The notes: generated by a model from the letters alone, not told the origin. DNA of 64,000 nucleotides from a bacterium (GCA_025774935.1 JALGZK010000010.1:3640-67639), one strand, 5' to 3'; numbered from the stretch's first letter, positions 18,225 to 28,141 are shown. Program-made: numbers and translations.

Positions 18225-19499
18225 TCACGACGCCGCCTCCTGACGTTCGCCCGTCGGCCCCGCGACGTCACGGCCGCCGCCGCGCGTCGGCCGCGATCGG
18301 GACGATGCGGTCACCTCCCGGAGCGACGAGTGGTTCGGGCGCGAGAGCCGCGCGTACTGGATGTCCGCCGCGAGCCATCGGACGTCCGCGTCGTGCGGGA
18401 CGATCCCGAGCCGGGGCAGGCAGTGCACGGGGTACCGCCTTGAGACGGGCCCGGCGATCGAGGTCACGCCGGATCTGAACCCGGCGTCGGCGACGACCGC
18501 GGCCGTCGTCGCGTCGAAGTGACGGTTCGTCCTTCCGTTCGGGTAGGCGAAGTGCTCGACCTCGCACCCTAGGAGCTCCTCGAGGGCGCGCTTCGACTCC
18601 CCCACCTCGCCGACGAGCGCGTCGGTCGAGACGCTCGGGAGGTTGTAGTGCGTCACCGAGTGCGCGCCGATCGTCATCCCGCCCTCGTGCATCTCCCGGA
18701 TCTCGTCCGGGTTCATCATGATCCTCGAGTCGTACGTGTCCCGCGAGTTCCCGCATGCCTCCCGGACCTCGTTCACGATCTCGAGGGCCTCGCGTTCGCC
18801 CGATCGCTTCACGACCGCGGTAATGAACGCGATCGCCTTCTCCTTCGCGCGCGGGGTCGAGAGGTCTATCGAGCAGGCGCCGAAGGTCCCGCACTTGAGC
18901 CCTTGAGACTCGGTCCTGCGGATCGCGTGGCGAAGGGCGACGGTCCAGAGGATCGATTCGTCCGAGATCGCTCCCGTCGTCACGTAGAACGTCGCGGTCG
19001 CCCCGTGCTTCCTGAGAATCGGGAACGCACAGCGGTAGTTGTCCTCGTACCCGTCGTCGAACGTGATCGCGACGGTTCTCGGGTCGACCCGTCTGCCCGA
19101 AGCGATGGCGTCCGCAAGTTCGGGCACGCCGACGACGCGGTGCCGCTCCACGAGGTAGGCAACCTGCCTGTCGAAGACGTCCGTCGAGACGACCAGGCTC
19201 CGCTGGACGTAGTCTCCCGCCCAGCCGGGGTCGTCGTTGACCGAATGGTAGCGGAGGATCGTCGCACCGCCCCACGGTAGGAGGCTCATGGCCCTCACGA
19301 GAGGCGCGCAGTTCCGGAACGCGCGGCCGAACCCCCACAGGCCGTCGACGGAGATGGCGCCGTTCTCGTCGATGTACGGGACGTCGCCACGCCCCGGGCC
19401 GAGTCCGGCCCTGTCCGCGTCGCCCCACAGGCAGCGGCTCTCCTCGCCGGTGAGACCACGGCCCCTCCCGCGCTCCCTCATGTCGGGGTCCTTCCTCAT
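18225..19499 (-). CDS. Polysaccharide deacetylase (NodB-homology, PEP-CTERM-locus type)
   Basis: ORF 18225..19538; NodB motifs ILRYHSV and VAITFDDGYEDNY. Start placed at ATG 19497-19499, which overlaps the stop of the upstream tandem GT4 gene (ATGA) with GAGGGAG about 11 nt upstream; ATG 19289 is an alternative. Confidence 0.75.
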   Translation of the reverse strand: MRKDPDMRERGRGRGLTGEESRCLWGDADRAGLGPGRGDVPYIDENGAISVDGLWGFGRAFRNCAPLVRAMSLLPWGGATILRYHSVNDDPGWAGDYVQRSLVVSTDVFDRQVAYLVERHRVVGVPELADAIASGRRVDPRTVAITFDDGYEDNYRCAFPILRKHGATATFYVTTGAISDESILWTVALRHAIRRTESQGLKCGTFGACSIDLSTPRAKEKAIAFITAVVKRSGEREALEIVNEVREACGNSRDTYDSRIMMNPDEIREMHEGGMTIGAHSVTHYNLPSVSTDALVGEVGESKRALEELLGCEVEHFAYPNGRTNRHFDATTAAVVADAGFRSGVTSIAGPVSRRYPVHCLPRLGIVPHDADVRWLAADIQYARLSRPNHSSLREVTASSRSRPTRGGGRDVAGPTGERQEAAS

Positions 19500-21832
19500 A
19501 CCGTGTCGAACTCCCTCGCGCGCAGCGCGTCGACCCAACCCACGAGCCCGGACACCCGCTCGTCGAGCAGTTCCAGGTAGTAGTCGATCGTGTCCTCGAC
19601 CATGTGCTCCGTCGAGAACCTGGCGAGGACGCGTTCCCTCCCGGCCCTCCCCATGCGGCGCCGCAGCTCCTCGTCGCCGAGAAGCTCGAGCACGCGACGG
19701 GCGACCCCTTCGGCGTCGCCCGCGGGAAGCAGGAAGCCGGTCTCTCCCTCCTCGATCAGCTCGGGGTTTCCTCCGACGGCGGTCGCCACGACGGGCCTCC
19801 CGGCCGCCATCGCCTCGAGGACCACGTTCGAGCAGCCCTCCTTGATCGAGGTGAGCACGGACACGTCCGTGCTCGCGAGGACGGCGCCGATCCGGTCGGT
19901 CATGCCGGCGAACGTCACTGCCTCCCCGAGCCCGAGCTTCCGCGCGTGCTCGGTGAGCTCCGCCCTGAGCTGTCCGTCTCCGACAATGAGGAACCGCGCG
20001 TCGGGTCTCTCCCTCGCGATCAGAGCGGCGGCCTCGAGGAACGTCGCGTGGTCTTTCTTCGGGGTCAGGCTCGCGATGACGGTGATCGTGGGGCCGCTGC
20101 CCGCGCCGCTCCCGGGGAACGGCTCCGGAGGAGGCGAGCCGGTCCTCGACGGGACGTTTCCGTCGGCGGGCGCCGCGTCGACGTGGCCGCTGACCCGGCG
20201 GACCGAGATCCCGTTGTAGATCACGCGGATCTTCTCCGGGTCGACCCAGTGCATCTCCGCCACGTAGTCCTTGACCGCGCCGGCGTTCACGATCACGCGG
20301 TCCGTGATGCCAGAGAGGATCCTCTCGATGGCGTTTCCGCGAAACCTCGTGTGAACGTCGACGTTCCGCACCGACGTGAGGACGATCGGGACGCGAAGGA
20401 ACCGTCCGACGATGAGCCCCCTCCAGTTCGCCGACGACAGGAACGCGTGCAGGATCACCGGCCGCTCCGTCCTCACCAGACGCGCGAGCTTGCGGGACGC
20501 GCCGGAGAAGTTACCGAGGCGCTTCGCGAGCACGACCAGACGGACCCCGGCCTCCTCGATCTCGCGGCCGAGCGGCCCCAGCTGGCCGAGGCAGCAGACG
20601 ATCGGCTCGAACCGGTCCCTCGGGAGCCGGGTCGCGAGCTCCATGAGCTGGCGCTCGGCCCCACCGCGTTCGAGCTGTCCGATCACGTAGAGGACCTTGA
20701 TCTTCCCGGCCGGGGCGCGGTCCGCGTGCCCCGAGAGCGCAAGGTCGTAGAGCGCCTCCGTCTGCCCGACCATGTGCTTAGCGGTGAAGGCCTTCTCGTA
20801 GGACCGGCGGGCCGCGGCCGCAAGACGCGACCTCCGCCCGGCGTCCCTCGAAAGGAGAGCTATCTTGTCCGCGAGCGCTTCGTGGTCCCGCGGCGGAACC
20901 ACGTACCCGTTCACGCCGTCCCTGATCACCTCTGGGACGCCCCCGACGGCCGTCGAGACGCACGGGACCCCGGCCGCCATCGCCTCGAGCACCGTGATCG
21001 GCAGCCCCTCCCACGCCGAGGAGAGGACGAAGAGGTCCGATCCCCTGAGGAGCCTCGGCACGTCGTCGCGCGACCCGAGGAACGACACGCGATCGCCGAC
21101 GCCGAGCTCGGCCGCGTGGTCGCTCAGGTGCTGGAGGATCGGGCCGCCGCCGGCGACGGCGAAGTACACGGGCGGGACCAGGTCGGAGACTGCCGCGGCC
21201 GCCCGGATGAGGTTCTCGTGGTCCTTCTGTGGACTGAGGTTGCCGACGGTCAGGCAGAGGACGGCGTCGTCGGGCACGCCCAGCTCGCGTCGCACCTCTG
21301 CGCGGTCGCCGGCGACCGGGCGAAGTGTGTCGTCGATGCCGTTCCGGATGGTCACGAGGCGCGCCGGGGAGAACCTCCCCTCGGCGAGCCGGGACCGGGC
21401 GACGGCCTCCGACACGGCGATCTGCGCGTTCTCGCGCATGCTCGCGAGCCTGCTCAACGCGAGCCTGAATGGGAAGCGAGCCGCGGCGACGTTGTGCTCG
21501 GTGCGGAGCACGGCGGTGGCCCCGCCGAGGATGGCGGCGGGGATTCCGACGGTCATCGCAGTGAAGTTGTGGTCGTGGACGACATCGACGCCGCGTCGCC
21601 TGATTAGACCGGCGAGTCTGAGGACGGCGCGGAAGTCGAGACGCGACCTTCGTTCCAGGGCGTGGACGGGGACGCCGCGTTCGTCGAGGACGGCAGCCAG
21701 GGGACCCGCGTCCCCCACGCAGCACACCTCGGGCTCGTAGCGCGAGCGGTCGTGGGAGGTCGCGTACTCGACCACCACGCGCTCGGCCCCACCGAGCCCC
21801 AACGAACCAACGACGTGGAAGACCTTCTTCAT
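19496..21832 (-). CDS. Tandem GT4-GT4 glycosyltransferase (two complete GT4 modules in one polypeptide)
   Basis: Start at ATG 21832 (MKKVFHVVGSLGLGGAERVV); first module ends ...EALYDLALSGH, second begins KIKVLYVIGQLERGGAERQ; each has an EGxP...EAMAAG C-terminal signature. The 525 codons upstream in the same track ORF are Arg-rich and overlap the CoA-ligase-like gene, so they are rejected. Confidence 0.8.
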   Translation of the reverse strand: MKKVFHVVGSLGLGGAERVVVEYATSHDRSRYEPEVCCVGDAGPLAAVLDERGVPVHALERRSRLDFRAVLRLAGLIRRRGVDVVHDHNFTAMTVGIPAAILGGATAVLRTEHNVAAARFPFRLALSRLASMRENAQIAVSEAVARSRLAEGRFSPARLVTIRNGIDDTLRPVAGDRAEVRRELGVPDDAVLCLTVGNLSPQKDHENLIRAAAAVSDLVPPVYFAVAGGGPILQHLSDHAAELGVGDRVSFLGSRDDVPRLLRGSDLFVLSSAWEGLPITVLEAMAAGVPCVSTAVGGVPEVIRDGVNGYVVPPRDHEALADKIALLSRDAGRRSRLAAAARRSYEKAFTAKHMVGQTEALYDLALSGHADRAPAGKIKVLYVIGQLERGGAERQLMELATRLPRDRFEPIVCCLGQLGPLGREIEEAGVRLVVLAKRLGNFSGASRKLARLVRTERPVILHAFLSSANWRGLIVGRFLRVPIVLTSVRNVDVHTRFRGNAIERILSGITDRVIVNAGAVKDYVAEMHWVDPEKIRVIYNGISVRRVSGHVDAAPADGNVPSRTGSPPPEPFPGSGAGSGPTITVIASLTPKKDHATFLEAAALIARERPDARFLIVGDGQLRAELTEHARKLGLGEAVTFAGMTDRIGAVLASTDVSVLTSIKEGCSNVVLEAMAAGRPVVATAVGGNPELIEEGETGFLLPAGDAEGVARRVLELLGDEELRRRMGRAGRERVLARFSTEHMVEDTIDYYLELLDERVSGLVGWVDALRAREFDTV

Positions 21833-21930
21833 CTCGACAACCCCGTGCACCCTTCCCGGCACTCGAGACGCCGGGTCCTTCGTTTCGCCTCGCTGTCTGC
21901 GCCGAGTCTCGCCCTTCGCGTCGCCCGCCC

Positions 21931-23439
21931 CTACGACGAGGCGCGGGAGGCGCCGGCGCGTTCCTCCTCTGACTCCTCCGTGCTCTCCACCCCGACCTCT
22001 CCCCCGCCTCCCTCCTGGTAGAGGTTCGCCGTGGTCGTCTTCCCCCACACGAGCGGCACCGTGGAGATGACCCGGCGGTACTTGCCTCGGCCGACGAGGG
22101 GAATGTCGTCGACGTACTCGATGGCGACCCGGACGTCGGGACCGAGCCTCTCGGCGATGTTCCTCCTGAGATCGTCCTCGTCGTGCGCCGCGAGCGGCTG
22201 CTTCACCACGAGCCGTGTGGTGATTTCCGCGGGGTCGTGCTGGACGATCTGCGACCTGACGATGCCCGGAAGAAGCTTGAACGCGCGCGCGACCATGAGA
22301 GGCGGCACGAGCCGGCCGTCCGGCGTCACCAGGATGTCCTCCGCCCGCATCGCCACGTCCCTCATGAGCGGCAGCTTCCTGCCGCAAGGGCAGTCGGTCC
22401 CCGCCATGGAGGCGGTGTCGCCGACCTCGTAGCGGATGAGCGGCATCCCGAAGTTGTGCAGGCCGGTCGCGACGACTCGTCCGACCGTACCGTCCGGAAC
22501 GGGGTCTCCGTCGTCGTCGAGGAGCTCCGTGATGCCGAACTCCATGTAGAGGTGGTGCCCCGTGTGCCGGTCGCACTCGCTCGAGTACATCACGCGCTCG
22601 GACTGACTGTAGCCGTCGAAGACCCGGCACTGGAACCGCTCCTCTATCACCTCGCGCTCGACGTCGAGGAGGGGCTCGGACGTCGTGAAGACGCACCTGA
22701 GCGGCAGGTACTCGTCGCGCTCCTCCATGAACCGGGCCAGGACGTACGCCGCGGTCGGGTGCGCGTCGAGCGCCACGACGCCGACCTCCCGCATCGCCTC
22801 GATGTAGAGCGGAGCGGACTCGTCGGTCATGTGGAGCGGAGACAGCATGAGGTAGTTCCACGGCCGGTTGTGGCGCCAGTAGGGAGGTCCCTTCTGGTCG
22901 AGAGGAACGACCGGGCGTCCGAGACACGTGGCGATCGGCTCGCCGAACTCGACCCCGGCCCAGTTCCGCTCGCGCCAGAGGCACGCGTTGTTCATGTAGC
23001 CGATCTCCCGGTCCCAGTACATGTAGAGGGACGAACCTGTCGTTCCGGCGCTGTGCGTCTTCTTGAGTGACTTCCTCGGGGCGGCGTCGGACACCAGCTG
23101 CTCGATGCTCCGGTCGACGTCCGCGCGCGTGAGCACGGGCAGCTTCGGCAGGTCGGAGAGACGAGTGATGTCGCCGGGGACGAGCTTGAGGCCGCTCATG
23201 AGGTCGCGGTAGTAGGGCACCGTCTCGTACGCGTGCCTCACGACCAGGCGGAGTCGCTCCTCCTGGTACGCCTCGAGCTCCTCGAGCGACAGCCACTGTG
23301 ACCGGTCGAGCAGCTCGCTCGCGCGGTCGAAACCCTGCCCGAAGCGCTCGCGGCGCAGCTTCCAGCCGTAGGCCGACATGATCACATTCTGGATCGGCAC
23401 GGGGCACCGGCTGTAGAGTCTCTCTCCGACGTACTCCAT
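21931..23439 (-). CDS. Adenylate-forming enzyme, phenylacetate-CoA ligase (PaaK)/CapK-like
   Basis: ORF 21931..23484; start at ATG 23439 (MEYVGERLY) with GAGGT upstream; motifs SAGTTGSS (P-loop-like A3), YRDL, FKLLPGIVRSQIV; acidic low-complexity C-terminal tail (ESTEESEEE). Confidence 0.7.
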   Translation of the reverse strand: MEYVGERLYSRCPVPIQNVIMSAYGWKLRRERFGQGFDRASELLDRSQWLSLEELEAYQEERLRLVVRHAYETVPYYRDLMSGLKLVPGDITRLSDLPKLPVLTRADVDRSIEQLVSDAAPRKSLKKTHSAGTTGSSLYMYWDREIGYMNNACLWRERNWAGVEFGEPIATCLGRPVVPLDQKGPPYWRHNRPWNYLMLSPLHMTDESAPLYIEAMREVGVVALDAHPTAAYVLARFMEERDEYLPLRCVFTTSEPLLDVEREVIEERFQCRVFDGYSQSERVMYSSECDRHTGHHLYMEFGITELLDDDGDPVPDGTVGRVVATGLHNFGMPLIRYEVGDTASMAGTDCPCGRKLPLMRDVAMRAEDILVTPDGRLVPPLMVARAFKLLPGIVRSQIVQHDPAEITTRLVVKQPLAAHDEDDLRRNIAERLGPDVRVAIEYVDDIPLVGRGKYRRVISTVPLVWGKTTTANLYQEGGGGEVGVESTEESEEERAGASRASS

Positions 23440-23446
23440 CCTCACC

Positions 23447-24550
23447 TCACGAGCGGCGGACCGACCGCGCCGCGCTCGACTCAACGAGCTTCAGGTAGGC
23501 CGTCTCGATCGTCCTCATGTTCTTCGAGAGGTCGCCCCTCTCCTCCACGATCGCCCTGTTGATCTCCGAGGCGCGCGCCCTCAGCTCGCGATCCGAGAGG
23601 GCGGCGGTAATCGCCTCTGCGTACGCCTCCGGGCCTTTGTCTGCGACCAGGAAGCCGTTTCGTCCGTGCTCTATCCAGTGGCGGTTCGCTGCGTTGTCCC
23701 AGACGATCGGGAAGCAGCCGCGCGCCATCGCTTCAAGGAGCGAGGCCGACACGCCGTCGACCCTGACGGCAGCCACGTAGACGCTCGAACTCCCGAGGAG
23801 CTTCGGGAGCTCGTCGTACGCCACTCCCCCCGCGAACCACACGCGGTCGTCAATCCCGAGGTCGCGCGTGAGCCCCTCGAGCTCCGCCGCGCAGTTCCCG
23901 GTCCCGGCGACCGCGCCCGTGATGGCGGGGACGTCCTTCCTGGCGAGCGCGAGCGCCTGGAGCACGACGTCGAGCCTGTAGTGGCGCTGGAGCGACCTCG
24001 TCGTGATCACCGAGTACTCTTCGTCGGCCCCGTCGTCCCGGGGCGCGAACCGCGCGAGGTCGATCCCGCGGGGGCACTCGAAGATCTTCTCCCGGTCCGC
24101 TCCGAGTTCGACCAGGCGATCCGACATGTGGGGCGCCCACGAGTGGATGAGGTCGGCCCGCCGGAGCGTCATCCGTACGGGTATCCTCTTCTGGGCGCGG
24201 AACGGCAGACCGACGATGATCTGGCTCTGCGCGACCACGACCAGCGGGTGGAACCCGGACATCGCGGCCACGAAGCCGTAGCTCGGGACCCGGTACCCGA
24301 CCACGAGGTCGGGCTCTATCTCGGCGATGATCTTCCTCACGCGCGGGATCTTCCCCAGATTCGCTACCCTTCCCGCGAAGCCCGGCTCGCCCTCCACGAC
24401 CGACAGGTCCCGCACGTCGATCGACGGGTCGAGCTCGGCCGGGGGACTCATGGACAGCACGTGCACGTCGTGGCCGAGCACCTTCGAGAAGTGCTCGACC
24501 CAGCTTCGCGTGTTCACGCTGCTGCCGTCTGCGAGAAAGCAGACCCGCAC
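23447..24550 (-). CDS. GT4 family glycosyltransferase
   Basis: ORF 23447..24607; start at GTG 24550 (VRVCFLADGSSVNT) with AGGAGG about 6 nt upstream; C-terminal SLLEAMARGCFPIV...GRNGFLV GT4 motif. Confidence 0.8.
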   Translation of the reverse strand: MRVCFLADGSSVNTRSWVEHFSKVLGHDVHVLSMSPPAELDPSIDVRDLSVVEGEPGFAGRVANLGKIPRVRKIIAEIEPDLVVGYRVPSYGFVAAMSGFHPLVVVAQSQIIVGLPFRAQKRIPVRMTLRRADLIHSWAPHMSDRLVELGADREKIFECPRGIDLARFAPRDDGADEEYSVITTRSLQRHYRLDVVLQALALARKDVPAITGAVAGTGNCAAELEGLTRDLGIDDRVWFAGGVAYDELPKLLGSSSVYVAAVRVDGVSASLLEAMARGCFPIVWDNAANRHWIEHGRNGFLVADKGPEAYAEAITAALSDRELRARASEINRAIVEERGDLSKNMRTIETAYLKLVESSAARSVRRS

Positions 24551-24575
24551 GCCTTGCCTCCTGTGAAACCGTCTC

Positions 24576-26600
24576 CTAGCCGCCGGACACCCAGCAGGCG
24601 TCCTCACCCGGCTGCCCGCTCTTCGTGAACAGGACCGTCTGTCCCGCCACGTTCGCCCCGATGAAGTCCCCCGTGTCGATGAACGTCACGTTCGGCATCG
24701 ACGAGACGCCCGACGAGGTCGCGTAGAGGACGTGCAGGAACATGTGCTCGTTTGCCGCGGTCGACGGTGACACCTCCACGCGCCACGACCCGCTCTCCGA
24801 CCCTCCGCCTCCGGCGGGCGGGTAGTTGACACCGTTCACCTCGAACTGCCGGCCGCTTCCGCCGACCGGCGTGATCTGGTGCTGCGTCGGGAGGAGCGTC
24901 TTCACGAACAGCCTCGAGTCTCCCTGCGTGACCGAGAACGTGTCGCCGGACACCTGGGGCTGGTTGATCGAGTGGAGGAGCCACTTCTTGGTGAACGACG
25001 GGGACGTGGCAGTGACCCTGTCCAGCACGACGAAGAAGTCCGGCTTGAGCCACACGAACTCCCTGGTGAAGTTCGAGAGCTTGTGCGACGAGTAGGCCTT
25101 CGTGGCGTCGCCCTTGACGTAGGTGAACGTCTCGGTGTCCCTGTACGGCGTGACGATGCTCCCGCGGTCGAACTCCGGGCCCGACATGTCGCCGCAGACG
25201 ACGGCGTCCGGATAGCTCCAGACCGGGATCTGACCTCCGTCGTTCGCGTACGGATAGAACGTCGACTCGCCGGGGTCGTAGACCGTGATCGTGTTGTGGG
25301 CGATGGTGCGGCAAAAGTAGTTCTGATGATGGGAGCTGATCGACGAGTCGTAGTCGCCCGAGTCGATCGCCAGGAGGTCGTTCCCCCTCGCAATCAGGAA
25401 GTGACCCTGATGGGAGTGGGTGTGGTACGACGGGACGGCCTCGCAGCGGAAGACGGCGTAGATGTCCGTGCTGTTCACGGAGAGGTCCCAGCCGGACCTC
25501 ATGTACACCATGCCCACGTCGTTGAAGAGGGCGGCGCTGTTGTCGCCGTAGACGGCGGACGGGTGGACGGGCGTGACCGACGGGTCCCGCCACACGATCT
25601 GCTTCCAGCGGTCGAACGAGTTGATGTACCCGGATCCCTGCTCGAGGACCTCGTCCGCCACCCACTGGGCCACCCCGTCGTTGTAGACGGCGGCCAGGTT
25701 GTAGAGCGCCATTCGGACGGCCCCCGACCCGCCGCTGTGCCAGTGGGAGTCGCCCTGCTTCGAACCGAGCGACGTCCCGCTCCCCTTCGCGGCGCCCGTG
25801 TCGTAGACGAGGTAGCGGGCCATGTTCTGGTAGTTGGTCGACCACGAGAACGGGTCGTCGGTGGTTCCGACGTCGTAGGCCGTCATGCCCATCCTGTTAC
25901 CCGTGCAGAGGATCGACATGTTGTAGTCGCCCTCGAAGTAGCCTCCGTCGCTCGCGATCTCGTCGAGACAGCAGAGGATGGTCGAGGAGCCGAACTGGTG
26001 GGCCGAGTACGTGTCGAGGCACGCGGTCGCGACCTGGTTGTTGATGCCCTCTCCGTACAGCGCGATGCCCGGGTACGACAGGAGCGCGATCCTCCCGAGC
26101 TTGGAGTGGTAGTTGTTCAGGCTGCTCCACTGCGTCCCGATGCCGCTGCCGCTCTGATACCAGTCGGCACCGTCTGCGAGCGCGCTGCCGTAGGTGCTGC
26201 GCTCGGACGCGGTGAGCCCGTCGTAGCACCAGTCGAAGAACACGCTCCCCCCGAAGATCCAGTCGGTCGAGTGGGTCTGGTTGTGGCTGATCACGTACGA
26301 CGCGACCGCCTTGGCCCGGTTGAGGTAGCTGGTGTCCTGGCTGACGAGGTAGACGAAGCTGTACGACGAGAGCGCCCAGCTCACGTTCACCGGCAGCGGG
26401 TCGTTGATGTGGCTGTCGCACCAGGTCTTGATCTTGTTGTAGTCCGCGGAGTAGGAACCCAGGGCTCTCGAGCGGATGCCGGAGACCTGGCTCGCCGTGA
26501 AGAAGAGCCGCGGGTGTCCCTGGATGACCTGGTACCCCTCCGCCGGGACCACCATGGCCACGACGACGAGAAAGAGCACAGCTAGGGTAGTGAGTCTCAT
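24576..26600 (-). CDS. Secreted heparinase II/III-like polysaccharide lyase family protein
   Basis: ORF 24576..26657; start at ATG 26600 (MRLTTLAVLFLVVVAMVVPAEG signal peptide) with GAGGAG upstream; large Trp/Tyr/His-rich carbohydrate-active fold; start overlaps the upstream stop (ATGA). Confidence 0.65.
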   Translation of the reverse strand: MRLTTLAVLFLVVVAMVVPAEGYQVIQGHPRLFFTASQVSGIRSRALGSYSADYNKIKTWCDSHINDPLPVNVSWALSSYSFVYLVSQDTSYLNRAKAVASYVISHNQTHSTDWIFGGSVFFDWCYDGLTASERSTYGSALADGADWYQSGSGIGTQWSSLNNYHSKLGRIALLSYPGIALYGEGINNQVATACLDTYSAHQFGSSTILCCLDEIASDGGYFEGDYNMSILCTGNRMGMTAYDVGTTDDPFSWSTNYQNMARYLVYDTGAAKGSGTSLGSKQGDSHWHSGGSGAVRMALYNLAAVYNDGVAQWVADEVLEQGSGYINSFDRWKQIVWRDPSVTPVHPSAVYGDNSAALFNDVGMVYMRSGWDLSVNSTDIYAVFRCEAVPSYHTHSHQGHFLIARGNDLLAIDSGDYDSSISSHHQNYFCRTIAHNTITVYDPGESTFYPYANDGGQIPVWSYPDAVVCGDMSGPEFDRGSIVTPYRDTETFTYVKGDATKAYSSHKLSNFTREFVWLKPDFFVVLDRVTATSPSFTKKWLLHSINQPQVSGDTFSVTQGDSRLFVKTLLPTQHQITPVGGSGRQFEVNGVNYPPAGGGGSESGSWRVEVSPSTAANEHMFLHVLYATSSGVSSMPNVTFIDTGDFIGANVAGQTVLFTKSGQPGEDACWVSGG

Positions 26601-28141
26601 GATGTCATCTCCTCTGCTGTCCGGGGAGCTTTGTCGGTTGCTGCGAAACGGACGCATCTATCTACAAGACCGGCGAGGAAGAAATAGGTCCCCGCGATCG
26701 ACATGTTCAGGAATCTCTCTCCGAAGACGTTCGCCGCAAGGAGCGCCGCGGTGGCGCTCAGGAAGCCGAGGGCGATGCCTCTGTCCAGCCTGCGGGATGC
26801 TGCGCGCAGGAGCTCTATGCCGCTCTTCACGCACGACACGAGGAGCCACGCGAGCGCGACTATTCCGATGAGACCCGCCTCTCCGAAGATCGCGACGTAG
26901 AGGTTGTGGGACGAGAACGACCGGCCGATCTCCTTGTAGGTCAGGAACGGGATGGTCGAGTACCCCATCCCCCAGATTGGCGAGCTGCGCATCGTCTCGC
27001 GGAAGACGATCCCCCAGATCTTGAGCCTCACCCCGGCGGACGGGTCGAGTTTGTCCGTCGGGTCTCCCATGAGCTCGGCCTCGACCGTGTCGACCCGAGT
27101 CTCCGCCACTCGGTCCTTCACGAAGTCGGGAGCCCAGATCGGGCTCAGCGCCAGCACGATCAGGAAGAGCACGAAGACGCGCTTGCTCACGCTCAGCGTC
27201 AGGAGCCCGAGCCCGCACGCGAATCCCACCAACGCCCCTCGGGAGTTCGGGAGGAAGACGCCGATCGCGGCGAATGCGGACGACACCCAGATCGTGAGTC
27301 GCTTCATCATCGGGAAGATCCTCGATGACACGAGGACGATCCCGATGATCATCGTGGCGCACATCGCGAAGTACGCGCCGAGGTCGTTCACGTCGCCGAG
27401 CGCACCTGAGACGCGCTGGTGCGAGGCGAGCCCGCCGTACTGGTCGAGCGCGATGAGGGCGCCGACCGTCAGACCGACGCCGAAGGTCACGAGGAGGTTC
27501 TTCATCTGCTCGCGGTTCTCGACCGTGTTCACGACGACGAAGTAGACCGCGATCCCGAGGACGCTGTTCCAGAGGTTCTTGACGAGCACCATCGCCGGGT
27601 AGCTCCCCGTCGACGGTGGGAAGACAACGACCTTGAGGAGCGACATGAAGAGCACGCCGATGAACAGGGCGATCGGCACGGTGAGCCTCGCCCTCACGAA
27701 GATCTGCTGTCTCGCGAAGATCCTGGGGACGATCCAGCTCACCAGGAGGATGATGAAGATGAGGTTGGGCGCGTTGATCCCGGGAATGCCCGTCGCGGGG
27801 AGGTACTCGCCGAGCGGGAGAGCGAGGAGCCAGGCGTGCAGCGCGACGTGGGGCCGGAAGAACGCGACTGTGAAGATGGTCACGCCCACGAGGATCTTGA
27901 TGATCCGGTGCGGAGCCTGCCCGTACGCGTAGTGGAGCTGGAAGATCGCGTAGGCCATGCCGAGAGCGACGACCGCGGCCACGACGTACAGCAGCCAGGC
28001 GTAGCTGTACTGCGGCACCTGGCTCGGCAGCGGGGGCGGCGCCGGGGTCTGTCTCGGCGTTCCGGGATCAGCCACCGCTCTCCTCCTCCGCGTGCTCCGT
28101 CGCGTCCGTCGTCCCGGCGTCCATGACCTCCGCCGCGTCAC
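26597..28141 (-). CDS. O-antigen ligase / Wzy-like polymerase family membrane protein
   Basis: About 12 TM helices; Wzy_C-like motifs RGALVGFACGLGLL and SSHNLYVAIFGEAGLIGIVAL. Start uncertain: ATG 28141 overlaps the upstream gene by 74 nt and gives an Arg-rich N-terminus; GTG near 28018 (VPQYSYAWLLYVV) is the alternative. Confidence 0.75.
   Translation of the reverse strand: MTRRRSWTPGRRTRRSTRRRRAVADPGTPRQTPAPPPLPSQVPQYSYAWLLYVVAAVVALGMAYAIFQLHYAYGQAPHRIIKILVGVTIFTVAFFRPHVALHAWLLALPLGEYLPATGIPGINAPNLIFIILLVSWIVPRIFARQQIFVRARLTVPIALFIGVLFMSLLKVVVFPPSTGSYPAMVLVKNLWNSVLGIAVYFVVVNTVENREQMKNLLVTFGVGLTVGALIALDQYGGLASHQRVSGALGDVNDLGAYFAMCATMIIGIVLVSSRIFPMMKRLTIWVSSAFAAIGVFLPNSRGALVGFACGLGLLTLSVSKRVFVLFLIVLALSPIWAPDFVKDRVAETRVDTVEAELMGDPTDKLDPSAGVRLKIWGIVFRETMRSSPIWGMGYSTIPFLTYKEIGRSFSSHNLYVAIFGEAGLIGIVALAWLLVSCVKSGIELLRAASRRLDRGIALGFLSATAALLAANVFGERFLNMSIAGTYFFLAGLVDRCVRFAATDKAPRTAEEMTS

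Noticed and set aside
21833-23407. N-terminal 525 codons of the 1303-aa minus-strand track ORF 19496..23407
   Set aside because: Arg/Pro/Gly-rich and overlapping the CoA-ligase-like gene in another frame; the credible gene begins at ATG 21832 (MKKVFHVVGSLGLGG).
28019-28141. 74-nt overlap between the GT39 gene end and the longest form of the Wzy/ligase-like ORF
   Set aside because: Probably a start-codon choice artefact rather than a true long overlap; the overlapping segment encodes an Arg-rich peptide. The alternative GTG start near 28018 is noted in the feature.
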